64,000 nt of DNA, from the NCBI GenBank assembly GCA_963848305.1, contig CAWKDC010000001.1, forward strand, positions 1,184,001-1,248,000, written 5' to 3'. The notes under the pieces are model-generated. The model made no database searches. It saw nothing but the letters and a program-made list of their open reading frames with translations, and was not told the DNA's origin. How positions within the stretch are numbered: position 1 is the stretch's first letter; every line of letters begins with the position of its first letter. The DNA comes from an uncultured Gammaproteobacteria bacterium (GTDB lineage Bacteria > Pseudomonadota > Gammaproteobacteria > JABCZS01). The translations under genes were made by a program, and so were the position numbers. Positions 10,469 to 19,566 of the stretch are shown here, one piece after another.

Positions 10469-11722
10469 GTGATCATTTTATTCGGTGGGAAAGAATATGC
10501 AGTAGGCCTTAGCTGGTTTTCGATCTCCTCGACCGATGAAATTGAACAATTCAAACGCGAAATGCAATTAACGCATGGCGTTTTTAAACAATCAAAAATA
10601 GAGGGAATGCCATCTGCTATCGCCCTCGCACCGACAGAATATAGCAATCAAGTATCCCTCGCTGCTGCATTGTCGTATGCGCATGAGAATTTATTGTATG
10701 TGTGTAAAACAGAATATAAAGATGAGGCTGGGCGTCCTCTCTACTATTTATGCTGCGTGAAGCGCGGGATTGTCACCGTTGATGGGGATACCATGGCGGA
10801 TGGTGAAACGATTTTATCGCTTTACACACAAAACTTAATGGATTTCCGCAATGATTTGCCAGCTGACAGCATTGAATGTTTGGGCACGCGTGTCGAAGAT
10901 CATTTTGAAAGCGCTCAGCCTATTGATGAAAGCCAAATCATCACATCTATTCAGCGGTTTGAAAGTCAATGCCTCATTAAAGAACTACGTAAAGGCGGTC
11001 CATCAAAACTTTCTTTTGTACTATTGGGTATTGGTTTTGTGGGTTTATGCTATTTGGGTTACGGTTGGTTTTTCAAAGCCCCACCACCACCTCCGCCTGT
11101 TGTACATGCACCGGCACCGCCACCTGTAGACCCCTTCACGCAGTTTTTGAACAAAGTGGAATTTCATTCGACGATCACAACAGCGGGTTTGCCTTATATT
11201 GTTCAAGTGATCAAGCAAATTCCATTGCGCATGGCGGGATGGGATGTGAGAGACATTGCTATTCATCTCGGTGATACGACTACTTTTTCTGTGACACTGG
11301 TACGTACGCCCTATTCAACCATGGAAGATATAAAAACAGTGGAAGCATCAGGTTTGATCAGTGATTTGAAACTGAATTTGAATGGCGAAGAGGCCACAGC
11401 CAATTGGACTGGTAATATCGAACATATGCCTATGTTGACACGAGAAGCATTGGCACCGATTAAAACAGCTAAGAAATTGCAGTTTCAGCAATTATTTATG
11501 AGTGAATTTCAAGCCAATAACATCATTATCAAAATAGATAATTCAACGGACGTAGGCGGATTTAGCATGAGAAGTTTTACATATGCAGGCAAAGGCTTAT
11601 GGGGTCTAGAGGCTTTTAACGATTTGTTTCATGACATGACCACTATCGGTATTACATCGGTCATCATGAAACCAAATAAGGGTGAATATGATTGGAGCCT
11701 TCGGGGGGTGATTTATGGTTAA
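10469..11722 (+). CDS. pilO: Type IVb pilus accessory protein PilO (PAP_PilO/BfpC-like)
   Basis: YAVGLSW, SLAAAL, central TM plus poly-Pro, PLRMAGW; lies after the secretin. Confidence 0.82.
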   Translation: MIILFGGKEYAVGLSWFSISSTDEIEQFKREMQLTHGVFKQSKIEGMPSAIALAPTEYSNQVSLAAALSYAHENLLYVCKTEYKDEAGRPLYYLCCVKRGIVTVDGDTMADGETILSLYTQNLMDFRNDLPADSIECLGTRVEDHFESAQPIDESQIITSIQRFESQCLIKELRKGGPSKLSFVLLGIGFVGLCYLGYGWFFKAPPPPPPVVHAPAPPPVDPFTQFLNKVEFHSTITTAGLPYIVQVIKQIPLRMAGWDVRDIAIHLGDTTTFSVTLVRTPYSTMEDIKTVEASGLISDLKLNLNGEEATANWTGNIEHMPMLTREALAPIKTAKKLQFQQLFMSEFQANNIIIKIDNSTDVGGFSMRSFTYAGKGLWGLEAFNDLFHDMTTIGITSVIMKPNKGEYDWSLRGVIYG

Positions 11723-12140
11723 TAAATACGGATTATTATTGGGTTTATGGTGTTCATTGATGGCATCAGCAGAAGATACCACGGTGGATCAATTGGATAA
11801 TTTGGAACGGCAACGTGTGGTTTTGGAAAAACAGCTTGAAGTCAGTAAATTACAAGGAGAATTGAATGAATCAGAAGGCAAGAGCAATGTCAGCCCAGTA
11901 GTTGCCACAGAAGATTTACAATCCTCTTCGTTGCACTTGATCAAAGTCGTTGGATTGGCCAGCAAACCCAAAGCCATTTTTTTGTATAACGGTTTCCGTT
12001 TATCCGCAGAGAGCGGGCAAAAAGTTTTACCCAATGTGGATCTTAAAAATGTAACAGACACCTATGTTACATTAACAGACACAAAAACCGGAAAAGACAG
12101 CATTTTGTGGTTGAGTAACAACAGCATTAACGGCAAATAG
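11715..12140 (+). CDS. pilP: Type IVb pilus protein PilP-like
   Basis: Signal peptide, TVDQLDNL coiled coil and small beta domain; lies between pilO and the ATPase. Confidence 0.72.
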   Translation: MVNKYGLLLGLWCSLMASAEDTTVDQLDNLERQRVVLEKQLEVSKLQGELNESEGKSNVSPVVATEDLQSSSLHLIKVVGLASKPKAIFLYNGFRLSAESGQKVLPNVDLKNVTDTYVTLTDTKTGKDSILWLSNNSINGK

Positions 12141-12152
12141 TGGATCAACAAC

Positions 12153-13757
12153 ATGATTAATGCACCGAAAACACAAGTGTCTCCAGGTATCAATTACGTC
12201 AACTCGATTGAGGATATGCCTCGCTTTTCAAAATTGTTGTTCACTGAAAAAGAGGCTATACATTTGACAGATGAAGAGTTGTCCTGGTTTTTGCTGGCGG
12301 AGGGCGCTCTTTCAGAAGGTGAGCGAAAGGTCGCTTACTTGCTCGTGAGTCAAAATATTCCAAGCCAGATGAACCAACGTGCAAAAACATTTGCGCAATT
12401 GTTGCGCCGCACCCACACCATCAAGGTTATTGGCACATCCCGTGATATTCTCAAGCTGGTAGAAGATCACATCATGCTGGATGAATCTCATGAAGAAAAA
12501 ATTCCAGTGAATGAAACAGAGTTGTATAATTCCATCAACGATATGTTCACACGCGCAGTGGAAATGAATGCTTCTGATATCCATATCGAAGCTTATGAAA
12601 GAAGAACAGATGTCAAATTTCGTGTCAATGGCATGTTGGTTAAGGTGCTTGAGTTTGCTCAAGAATATTCCCATGAATTGGTGCGCATTTTGTATAACGT
12701 GTTAGCTGTTGAAGGTTCAAAGGATATTCAATTTGATGAACACAAAATGCAATCTGCCATTGTTGAAAAAACCATATTGGGAAAATCATACCGTGTACGT
12801 TTACAAACAGCGCCGCGCTATCCCTACGGTTATTCCATTGCACTGCGTCTATTACCACTTGAAACACGCAGCAGTGGCGCGATTGAATCGCTGGGCTATA
12901 CCGCAGATCAAGTTAAGGTATTGCAGCGAGCAGGCATGAAGCCCACTGGCGCGCTGATTTTTGCGGGGACAACAGGTAGTGGTAAATCAACCACATTGGC
13001 GAATTTGATTGCAGATAAAATCAATAAAACGAAAGGTGTTCGCAAAGTCATCACCATTGAAAATCCCCCTGAGTACGTGATCAATGGTGCATTACAAGTT
13101 AATATCAATGACACCAGTGATGAAGCACATGCGACATTTGCAGATGCCATTAAAGTCGCCATGCGTATGGATCCCGATGTATTGATGATCGGGGAAGTCC
13201 GCGATGATAGAACTGCTAAATTATTGCAAGATTCTGTTCAATCAGGTCACCAAGTATTTACCACTGTTCATGCACAATCTGCACTTGGTATTTTCGAGCG
13301 ATTGGTGGGATTGGGTTTCGAGAGAAATGTGCTCACATCGCCTGGATTTTTAAGTTTGCTCATGTATCAAGTGTTGGTGCCCATTAATTGTCCGCATTGC
13401 GCCATGACATTGTCTGATTTTGAGAAGACAGCCGTAGATATCTTGGATAAAGAATTGATTGTTCGTGTTAAGGCAGTCTTGTCAGCGGATGAATTGAACA
13501 AACTCAGGTTTCGTCGCGTAGAGGGCTGTGATCAGTGTAACCATTCTGGATTTCTTGGTCGATCCGCTGTTGCTGAATATATTGAACCAGATGATAAATT
13601 ATTGGCTTTTATTGCGAAGGAAGATTATCAGGGCGCACAAGCGCATTGTAAAGAAGTGGGTATTATTCCTGTCTTCTCGAATGTGCTAGATAAAGTCAAA
13701 TCGGGTGAATTGGATCCTCATTATGCTGAAGATAAAGTAGGCTACTTGACGGGGTAG
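12153..13757 (+). CDS. pilQ: Type IVb pilus assembly ATPase (PilQ/BfpD, GspE family)
   Basis: ASDIHIE, GTTGSGKST, TIENPPE, MRMDPDVLMIGEVRD, GHQVFTTVHA, CPHC..CDQC. Confidence 0.95.
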   Translation: MINAPKTQVSPGINYVNSIEDMPRFSKLLFTEKEAIHLTDEELSWFLLAEGALSEGERKVAYLLVSQNIPSQMNQRAKTFAQLLRRTHTIKVIGTSRDILKLVEDHIMLDESHEEKIPVNETELYNSINDMFTRAVEMNASDIHIEAYERRTDVKFRVNGMLVKVLEFAQEYSHELVRILYNVLAVEGSKDIQFDEHKMQSAIVEKTILGKSYRVRLQTAPRYPYGYSIALRLLPLETRSSGAIESLGYTADQVKVLQRAGMKPTGALIFAGTTGSGKSTTLANLIADKINKTKGVRKVITIENPPEYVINGALQVNINDTSDEAHATFADAIKVAMRMDPDVLMIGEVRDDRTAKLLQDSVQSGHQVFTTVHAQSALGIFERLVGLGFERNVLTSPGFLSLLMYQVLVPINCPHCAMTLSDFEKTAVDILDKELIVRVKAVLSADELNKLRFRRVEGCDQCNHSGFLGRSAVAEYIEPDDKLLAFIAKEDYQGAQAHCKEVGIIPVFSNVLDKVKSGELDPHYAEDKVGYLTG

Positions 13758-13759
13758 GC

Positions 13760-14833
13760 ATGATCACAAAGAAAGAGTTGTATAAATATTGGATCTCATT
13801 TCGCAACGTCCTGCTGCGTCAGTTTGTTTTTACCCATGAAAGACGCGTTAATTTATACCGAAATTTGGAAATGATCACTGGTTCAGGTGTTTCATTGAAT
13901 GAAACCATCCGACTCCTATCTCGTAAATACCGAAAATACATGCCTCACTCTTTCATGCCGCTCATCATGGATGAATGGTTAAAGTCAATGGCAATGGGTA
14001 TGCCTTTTGTGAATGCGTTGGCTCCTTGGGCACCTGGCTGGGAAATGTTGTTGTTGCGGGCGGGGGGTACATCGCAAATGTCAGCGATGTTCAGCCACGT
14101 GGCTGAGTTGTCGAATAATATTATTCGCTTGAAATCGGGTGTGGTGGGTGCGATTCGATACCCGGTATTTGCATTATTCATGTTGTTCGGATTGATGTAT
14201 GTGTTTGCGTATTACGTGATCCCCAGTTTATCGACATTTCTCTCGCCGGATAAGTGGCCGCCTGTGACGAAAAGTTTATATACCTTTACGACGACTTTCA
14301 CGCACCACATCGTGCTGATTATCCTATGTTTAGTATTTATGATTGGCCTGATTGTACACAGTTTATCGGCGCTGCGTCCTGGCATCATACGTACCGCATT
14401 CAACCGTATTCCTCCTTGGTCTATTTACAAGCAGTTTCATGGGAGTATTTTTTTATTGAGTTTGGCGAGTTTGTTACGTGCGGGCAGTTCGATTGGACAA
14501 TCCTTGGACATGATCCGCGCAGGTTCCTCGCCCTATGTTTCTAGCTTGATCATTGTCATGCAAGCCAAGTTGCAAGCCGGCCGCCCTGCTGGTGAAGCCA
14601 TTCAATCAGAATTATTTGACACGGAAACCAAGATTAACCTAGAGGTTTATGCGGATGCGGATAAACTAGAAGAGGGAATTCAAGTTTTGGCTCAAGAGCA
14701 ACTTGAGGCGCAGATCGTCAAACTGGCCTTGTCGGCCAAGATTCTGGGGAACGCCATATTATTATTAGTGGTTGGCTTCATTGCTTGGAACTACATGGGA
14801 TTGATCGCATTGGAATCCTCCATGACAGGATGA
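13760..14833 (+). CDS. pilR: Type IVb pilus inner-membrane platform protein (PilR/BfpE, GspF family)
   Basis: SGVSLNE, YP followed by TM, PPWSIYKQFHGSIFLLSLASLLRAG. Confidence 0.92.
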   Translation: MITKKELYKYWISFRNVLLRQFVFTHERRVNLYRNLEMITGSGVSLNETIRLLSRKYRKYMPHSFMPLIMDEWLKSMAMGMPFVNALAPWAPGWEMLLLRAGGTSQMSAMFSHVAELSNNIIRLKSGVVGAIRYPVFALFMLFGLMYVFAYYVIPSLSTFLSPDKWPPVTKSLYTFTTTFTHHIVLIILCLVFMIGLIVHSLSALRPGIIRTAFNRIPPWSIYKQFHGSIFLLSLASLLRAGSSIGQSLDMIRAGSSPYVSSLIIVMQAKLQAGRPAGEAIQSELFDTETKINLEVYADADKLEEGIQVLAQEQLEAQIVKLALSAKILGNAILLLVVGFIAWNYMGLIALESSMTG

Positions 14834-14909
14834 TGGTGTTCCTTGATATATAAGGAATCTCTGTTAGACTCAACATGTATGGGGATTATTATTGTTAAGG
14901 AGAACTCTC

Positions 14910-15416
14910 ATGTTTCATGTTCGTCAAAAACGCGTTGCCGGTGTCACACTTTTCGAAGTTTTACTCGTGCTATTCATTGCCGCTTTTATCGCCGCTGCTG
15001 TGGCCACCATTTATGCCAAGGTTAGCCTTACCTTCAAGCAAAACCAATTGCAATCTGGCATACAAACGATGACAGCCAATATTGCTGCTGCGTATAATGG
15101 TCAATATCCGAGCGGTGCAATGGCCGCAGATACGTTATATAACGCAGGGTTGGTGCCTGCTGAGATGTACTCAAATGGCCCCATCACCCCATTTCAAGCG
15201 ACAGATGGCTGGAGTGTGACAGGTAACACAAGCACATTTTCTGTGACATTGAAGGCTATTCCCTCAGCAGTCTGTTCAGGGATGTACCAATCGTTGACCC
15301 AGATCAGCAATGGTGGGTCATTAACGATTGGTAATACAAGCGCCTCCCCATCATCAGATGTCGTCGCATTGTGTGGTGCTGCCCCAACGCAAGATATTAC
15401 CGTGACAGTGCGTTAA
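14910..15416 (+). CDS. pilS: Major type IVb pilin (PilS-like)
   Basis: Prepilin site KRVAG|VTLFEV with E+5, hydrophobic helix, GLVP, IPSAVC and a second Cys; AAGGAG RBS. Confidence 0.9.
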   Translation: MFHVRQKRVAGVTLFEVLLVLFIAAFIAAAVATIYAKVSLTFKQNQLQSGIQTMTANIAAAYNGQYPSGAMAADTLYNAGLVPAEMYSNGPITPFQATDGWSVTGNTSTFSVTLKAIPSAVCSGMYQSLTQISNGGSLTIGNTSASPSSDVVALCGAAPTQDITVTVR

Positions 15417-16940
15417 ATGTATCTACTGATCAAGCCGTTTAGGGCGGTGACGCTGTTTGAAATGCTGCTGGTACTGATCATGTCCGGTGTCATTGGTGTC
15501 GCTGCCTTTAAATACGAACATGATCAGCATCAACGTACCGTGGCAGGCAACTTTGCCGCCAAGATGTACATTTTTTCTCAAACCGTGCGTGAGTATGTGA
15601 GGGACAACCAGGCTGCGATCGAAGCAGGTACTTTTGTCCCCTCGCCGCCTGTTACGTCGCCATCCAGTTTTTCACAGTCGGTGAACAATGGACAGACAAC
15701 TTATATTTTCAAAGGCGTGAGCTGGCTCACGAATCCCAACCTGTTGCGTCCGAATAGCAAAATTCCCTACTTTTCAAGTCCTTTCACCTTCAATGATCTT
15801 AATCCACTTCAGTTGCGTACCAGCACAGGGCGAGAGGCGGTTGTTGGGGACGATGCAGTGACGGTGACGATCACCGGGCCTTCGATACAGATCAATTATG
15901 GGTTATTGTACGATGTCAGCAATCCTAACGTATCAGCAGTGCCTCGTGCTGCGGTGACGGCCGCTGCCGCCACGAAGGCAGCGGGCATGTTTGATCCAAA
16001 ATTAGGCGCCTCTGCCTATTCTTATACTGGAGGCATGGATGTTGCGGGTAATTCAGCGCCTGTGATTGCCACGTTGACAACACCCAGCGGGTTGGATGTG
16101 TATGTGCATCCAGATCAACCCATCGCATCGGGAGACATTAGTTTTCGGTCTGATGCCCCTCAAGGGAGTGCACAAATTCAAAATGTGCAGCAGATTGATT
16201 TCAATACAGCGCAACCTGGCTCAGCGATCGGTGGGCTCAACGTGATTCAATTTTCACCAGAAACAACAGTCAAATCTGAAGTGCTGACGGGCAGTCGTGG
16301 CGGTACTTCGTCGAATAACAATACTCCCACCGCCCCTGCTGCTGGAGGGGAAATGGATAATCTCGGCACGCTGAATTTCACGACGGAAGGGAATATTGGA
16401 ACCATCAACCAAATACAGCAGATTAATTTTACGGCGAACAGTGCGGTAAATAACCTGCAAACACTTCATTTCGATGGCACATCATCCAGTGCTATCACCG
16501 GTCTTGCCAGCGTGAATTTTGCTAATGGGGCATCTACTTTTACAGGGTTTGGTCCCAGACAACAGTTTTCCATTGTCTCAATATCCGATTGGTCTGTATT
16601 AGGGAGTGTGTCTTTGAACGATTTGGGGCATATGCTGGGAGTAGCAGGCCCCCAAGTGAATACTCCAGTGACATTTTCTGATCAGAGTATGCCCAACACC
16701 AGTTCACACCTATGCCTTTTGTATCAATATATTTTTCTGGACTCAAATCCACAGGGAATCAAAGGCTGTAGTCTCACCATTGGTGAAAATGGGGCATACA
16801 ATTTGTTGTTCAACCAAATGGCGCTGTGCACAGTGAGTTGTATCAGCTTTGTGCCTGTGCAGAAGGCTCAACCAATCATGCCCTCGATAGGAACACCATG
16901 TCAGGAGAACAATGGCGTGGCGAGTTGTTCCGGGGGATAA
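15417..16940 (+). CDS. PilV-like tip adhesin/minor pilin 1
   Basis: Prepilin motif RA|VTLFEML, PilV-like N domain, six stalk repeats, 4-Cys C-terminal domain. Confidence 0.8.
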   Translation: MYLLIKPFRAVTLFEMLLVLIMSGVIGVAAFKYEHDQHQRTVAGNFAAKMYIFSQTVREYVRDNQAAIEAGTFVPSPPVTSPSSFSQSVNNGQTTYIFKGVSWLTNPNLLRPNSKIPYFSSPFTFNDLNPLQLRTSTGREAVVGDDAVTVTITGPSIQINYGLLYDVSNPNVSAVPRAAVTAAAATKAAGMFDPKLGASAYSYTGGMDVAGNSAPVIATLTTPSGLDVYVHPDQPIASGDISFRSDAPQGSAQIQNVQQIDFNTAQPGSAIGGLNVIQFSPETTVKSEVLTGSRGGTSSNNNTPTAPAAGGEMDNLGTLNFTTEGNIGTINQIQQINFTANSAVNNLQTLHFDGTSSSAITGLASVNFANGASTFTGFGPRQQFSIVSISDWSVLGSVSLNDLGHMLGVAGPQVNTPVTFSDQSMPNTSSHLCLLYQYIFLDSNPQGIKGCSLTIGENGAYNLLFNQMALCTVSCISFVPVQKAQPIMPSIGTPCQENNGVASCSGG

Positions 16941-16949
16941 GGGGAAATC

Positions 16950-18506
16950 ATGTTACTACGTAAAAAGGTGAGAGGGGTAACCCTTTTTGAAATGCTGTTG
17001 GTATTGTTGGTGTCAGGAAGCATTGCAGTGGCTACTTTTAAATACCAGCAACAACAAAAAGTCAATGCTGTTGCCAATGTGTTGGCAAATAGGATGTATT
17101 TATTTTCACAAACCGTTCGAGAGTATGTGAGCGATAATCAGGCTGCGATCATGGCAGGCACGTTTGTGCCTACTCCTCCTGTGGTGCAACCCTCTTCTTT
17201 TCAAACCACTGGCAGCGGCGCAAAACAGACCTATGTTTTCACAGGGGTAAGTTGGATTAACAATCAAAGCCTTGTGCGCCCAAGCACTGGACAGCCTTAC
17301 GTGAGTGCTTCAAGCCCTATTTCCTTCAATAATCTTTCGCCTTTAGAATTAGGCAGTATCGATGGAAAGCTGATCGGAGATGAAGCAGTCACTGTCTCGA
17401 TTTCTGGTGCCAACATTGTGATCACCTATGGCATGTTGTATGTGCCTGCTGTGGGAAGCAAGAATCCTGAGCCGCAAGCAGCCGTTGCAGGCAATGCGGC
17501 GAAACGCGCAGAAGGTATTTTTGATCCCTTGCTTGGCGCTTCTTCTTTTTCCTATACAGGCGGTTTGGATCCTCAAGGCGCATTGGTGCCCATTGTAGCG
17601 ACGTTAAGTGAATCACTTGCGCCAGACAATGATATACAGGTGGGCCAACCCCTGAGTGGCAATATTGTTTTTGCAGGTAATAATGCTGCATCAGCGGGAT
17701 CCACAACAGAGGGTACATCGACAGAGACAGGGACAGGGACAGAGACAACAGGGACAACAGGGACGACAGGGACACAAGGAGGCACTGCCACAACAGGTGC
17801 GGCCACAACAACGACACCCGCAACAAGCCAGAATACGGGCAGTATTCAAAATGTGCAGAGTATTCAATTTAACCCCGCAAATAATAACAATGAAATTTCG
17901 GGGTTGGAAAACATGACTTTTGGATATTCAACAGCCAGTGGGCAGGCTGCACAAACCGGTGGACAAACGGGTGCCGCAGGTGGAGCCGTACAGAGTGGCG
18001 GCAGTACGCTTGGGACACCCGGGGAAATTGACAATTTGGGTACACTGAATTTTGCGCCGGAGACACCAGGCACTACGCCGACGGTGATCAACAATATTGA
18101 GACCGTGAATTTTGCCACGGGTGGCAATGTGACCAATCTTCAAACCATGAATATGGCTTCTGGGGGAACCATCGACGGTTTGGCCAGCATCAGCTTCACC
18201 CCTGCCAGTGGAGGGCCAGCGCAAGTATTCAGTGGCATTGCGATTCAGCAACCCTTTTCTTTATTTGCACAGGATGTGGGATCATCCGCATCGGGCGGTC
18301 ATACGCCTGTTTCTTGGCCCGGTGGGGCAGTGGCTAACACGGCGAATTATTTCTGCGGCTTATCAACGGCGCAGTTCATTGATGGCGTTCCTGCTTCAAC
18401 GGCAAAAGGGTGCCAATTGTTAGTGGATAGCAGCGGAAATTATACTGTGAAGATGACAGCGATGAACCAATGTAGCGTCATTTGTTTTAAATTTGCGCCG
18501 CCGTAG
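16950..18506 (+). CDS. PilV-like tip adhesin/minor pilin 2
   Basis: RG|VTLFEML; paralog of the preceding ORF (MYLFSQTVREYV, GTFVP, GDEAVTV); Thr/Gly tract; 4-Cys tip. Confidence 0.8.
   Translation: MLLRKKVRGVTLFEMLLVLLVSGSIAVATFKYQQQQKVNAVANVLANRMYLFSQTVREYVSDNQAAIMAGTFVPTPPVVQPSSFQTTGSGAKQTYVFTGVSWINNQSLVRPSTGQPYVSASSPISFNNLSPLELGSIDGKLIGDEAVTVSISGANIVITYGMLYVPAVGSKNPEPQAAVAGNAAKRAEGIFDPLLGASSFSYTGGLDPQGALVPIVATLSESLAPDNDIQVGQPLSGNIVFAGNNAASAGSTTEGTSTETGTGTETTGTTGTTGTQGGTATTGAATTTTPATSQNTGSIQNVQSIQFNPANNNNEISGLENMTFGYSTASGQAAQTGGQTGAAGGAVQSGGSTLGTPGEIDNLGTLNFAPETPGTTPTVINNIETVNFATGGNVTNLQTMNMASGGTIDGLASISFTPASGGPAQVFSGIAIQQPFSLFAQDVGSSASGGHTPVSWPGGAVANTANYFCGLSTAQFIDGVPASTAKGCQLLVDSSGNYTVKMTAMNQCSVICFKFAPP
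17718..17825 (+). repeat. Low-complexity tandem repeats (ACAGGG/ACAACAGGG) encoding a Thr/Gly linker
   Basis: acagagacagggacagggacagagacaacagggacaacagggacgacagggacacaagg. Confidence 0.85.
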
Positions 18507-18549
18507 TCTATACTGAATCGAATCTGAACAGTCATCCAAGGGGTTTTTT

Positions 18550-19566
18550 ATGTTGCGTTCCTTGAAAAAATATGCCGCTTTTTCACTGTTTGAAATTTTA
18601 TTGGTACTGGTGGTGACAAGCATCATTGCTGTCAGTGCCATGAAATATGCGCAACAAACCAAACAAAATAATGTCGCAGATGTGTTGGCTCAAAGAATGT
18701 ATTTCTTTTCACAAGCGGTGCGCGCATTCCAGAGTGATCATCCGGGCATTGAAGCGGGCACGTTTGTTTGTCCAACGCCTGTTGCGGGTTCTACCTGTCA
18801 AAAAAATGCAGATGGTTCGTATGATTTTACTGGGGTGACGTGGCTCACCTCTTTGGTTGATCCTAATACTCAGTTGCCGATTTATTTAAATGCGGATTTT
18901 ACTTTTGATAATTTGGCGCCACTGGAACTGCGCAGCCTGGATGGGCAACAGGTTGATGATGCGGCGATCGTGGTGAGGATGAGTGGCCCGAATATCACGA
19001 TTGATTATGGTTTGTTGTATGATTTGCAAGATCCCGAGAATGCGCAAATTGAGCATGCGATTTCTGCCAATGCGGCACAGAAAGCGACTACGATGTACGA
19101 TCCCCAAGTCGGTCCCTCTTCATTCACCTATGTGGGTGGATTGAGTGCGACGGATGGTTCAAGCTTGCCGATTGTCGCTAAACTGGGTTCACCTGGCACG
19201 AGCGATGCATTTTTGCGTCTGGACGGCACGAGCCAGATGCGAGGGGATATTAATGTGGGCGGAAAAAATATTCATGGGGTGGATAAGGTAGCGTTCAACC
19301 AGGGTGGGGATTTTAGGGGAATTGGGGGTAAAAAGAAGAGCAGTTTTGAAGCGGATACAACAGAGGTTAATAGACCACTGTCTGATCAATTTGGAGATTC
19401 TTATGACGATGTCAGCACCTGCTACTTGACTGAGGTTCGTATACGTTCTTCAGGTGGATATTGTGAAATTTATACTGAATCCAGTGGTGGGCCTAGAATA
19501 GCAGGAAGATATAGGATGCGAGCCAAAACGAGCATTTGTTCAGCTGAATGTATTCGATTTAGATAA
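18550..19566 (+). CDS. PilV-like tip adhesin/minor pilin 3
   Basis: AA|FSLFEIL; shared N domain; FLRLDGTSQMRGDINVGGKNI is typical of the PilV constant region; 4-Cys tip. Confidence 0.82.
   Translation: MLRSLKKYAAFSLFEILLVLVVTSIIAVSAMKYAQQTKQNNVADVLAQRMYFFSQAVRAFQSDHPGIEAGTFVCPTPVAGSTCQKNADGSYDFTGVTWLTSLVDPNTQLPIYLNADFTFDNLAPLELRSLDGQQVDDAAIVVRMSGPNITIDYGLLYDLQDPENAQIEHAISANAAQKATTMYDPQVGPSSFTYVGGLSATDGSSLPIVAKLGSPGTSDAFLRLDGTSQMRGDINVGGKNIHGVDKVAFNQGGDFRGIGGKKKSSFEADTTEVNRPLSDQFGDSYDDVSTCYLTEVRIRSSGGYCEIYTESSGGPRIAGRYRMRAKTSICSAECIRFR

Noticed and set aside
14839-14857. Imperfect palindrome TTCCTT-N7-AAGGAA upstream of the major pilin
   Set aside because: Only 6-bp arms in an AT-rich spacer; could be chance
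17718-17825. Tandem repeats as a possible CRISPR or DGR element
   Set aside because: 6-9 nt in-frame coding repeats without spacers; no cas or reverse transcriptase gene in the window
18408-18420. GTGCCAA, the shufflon sfx core, inside PilV paralog 2 (also at ~17407)
   Set aside because: No conserved sfx arm, no inverted copies and no Rci recombinase; it simply encodes Cys-Gln or Gly-Ala-Asn
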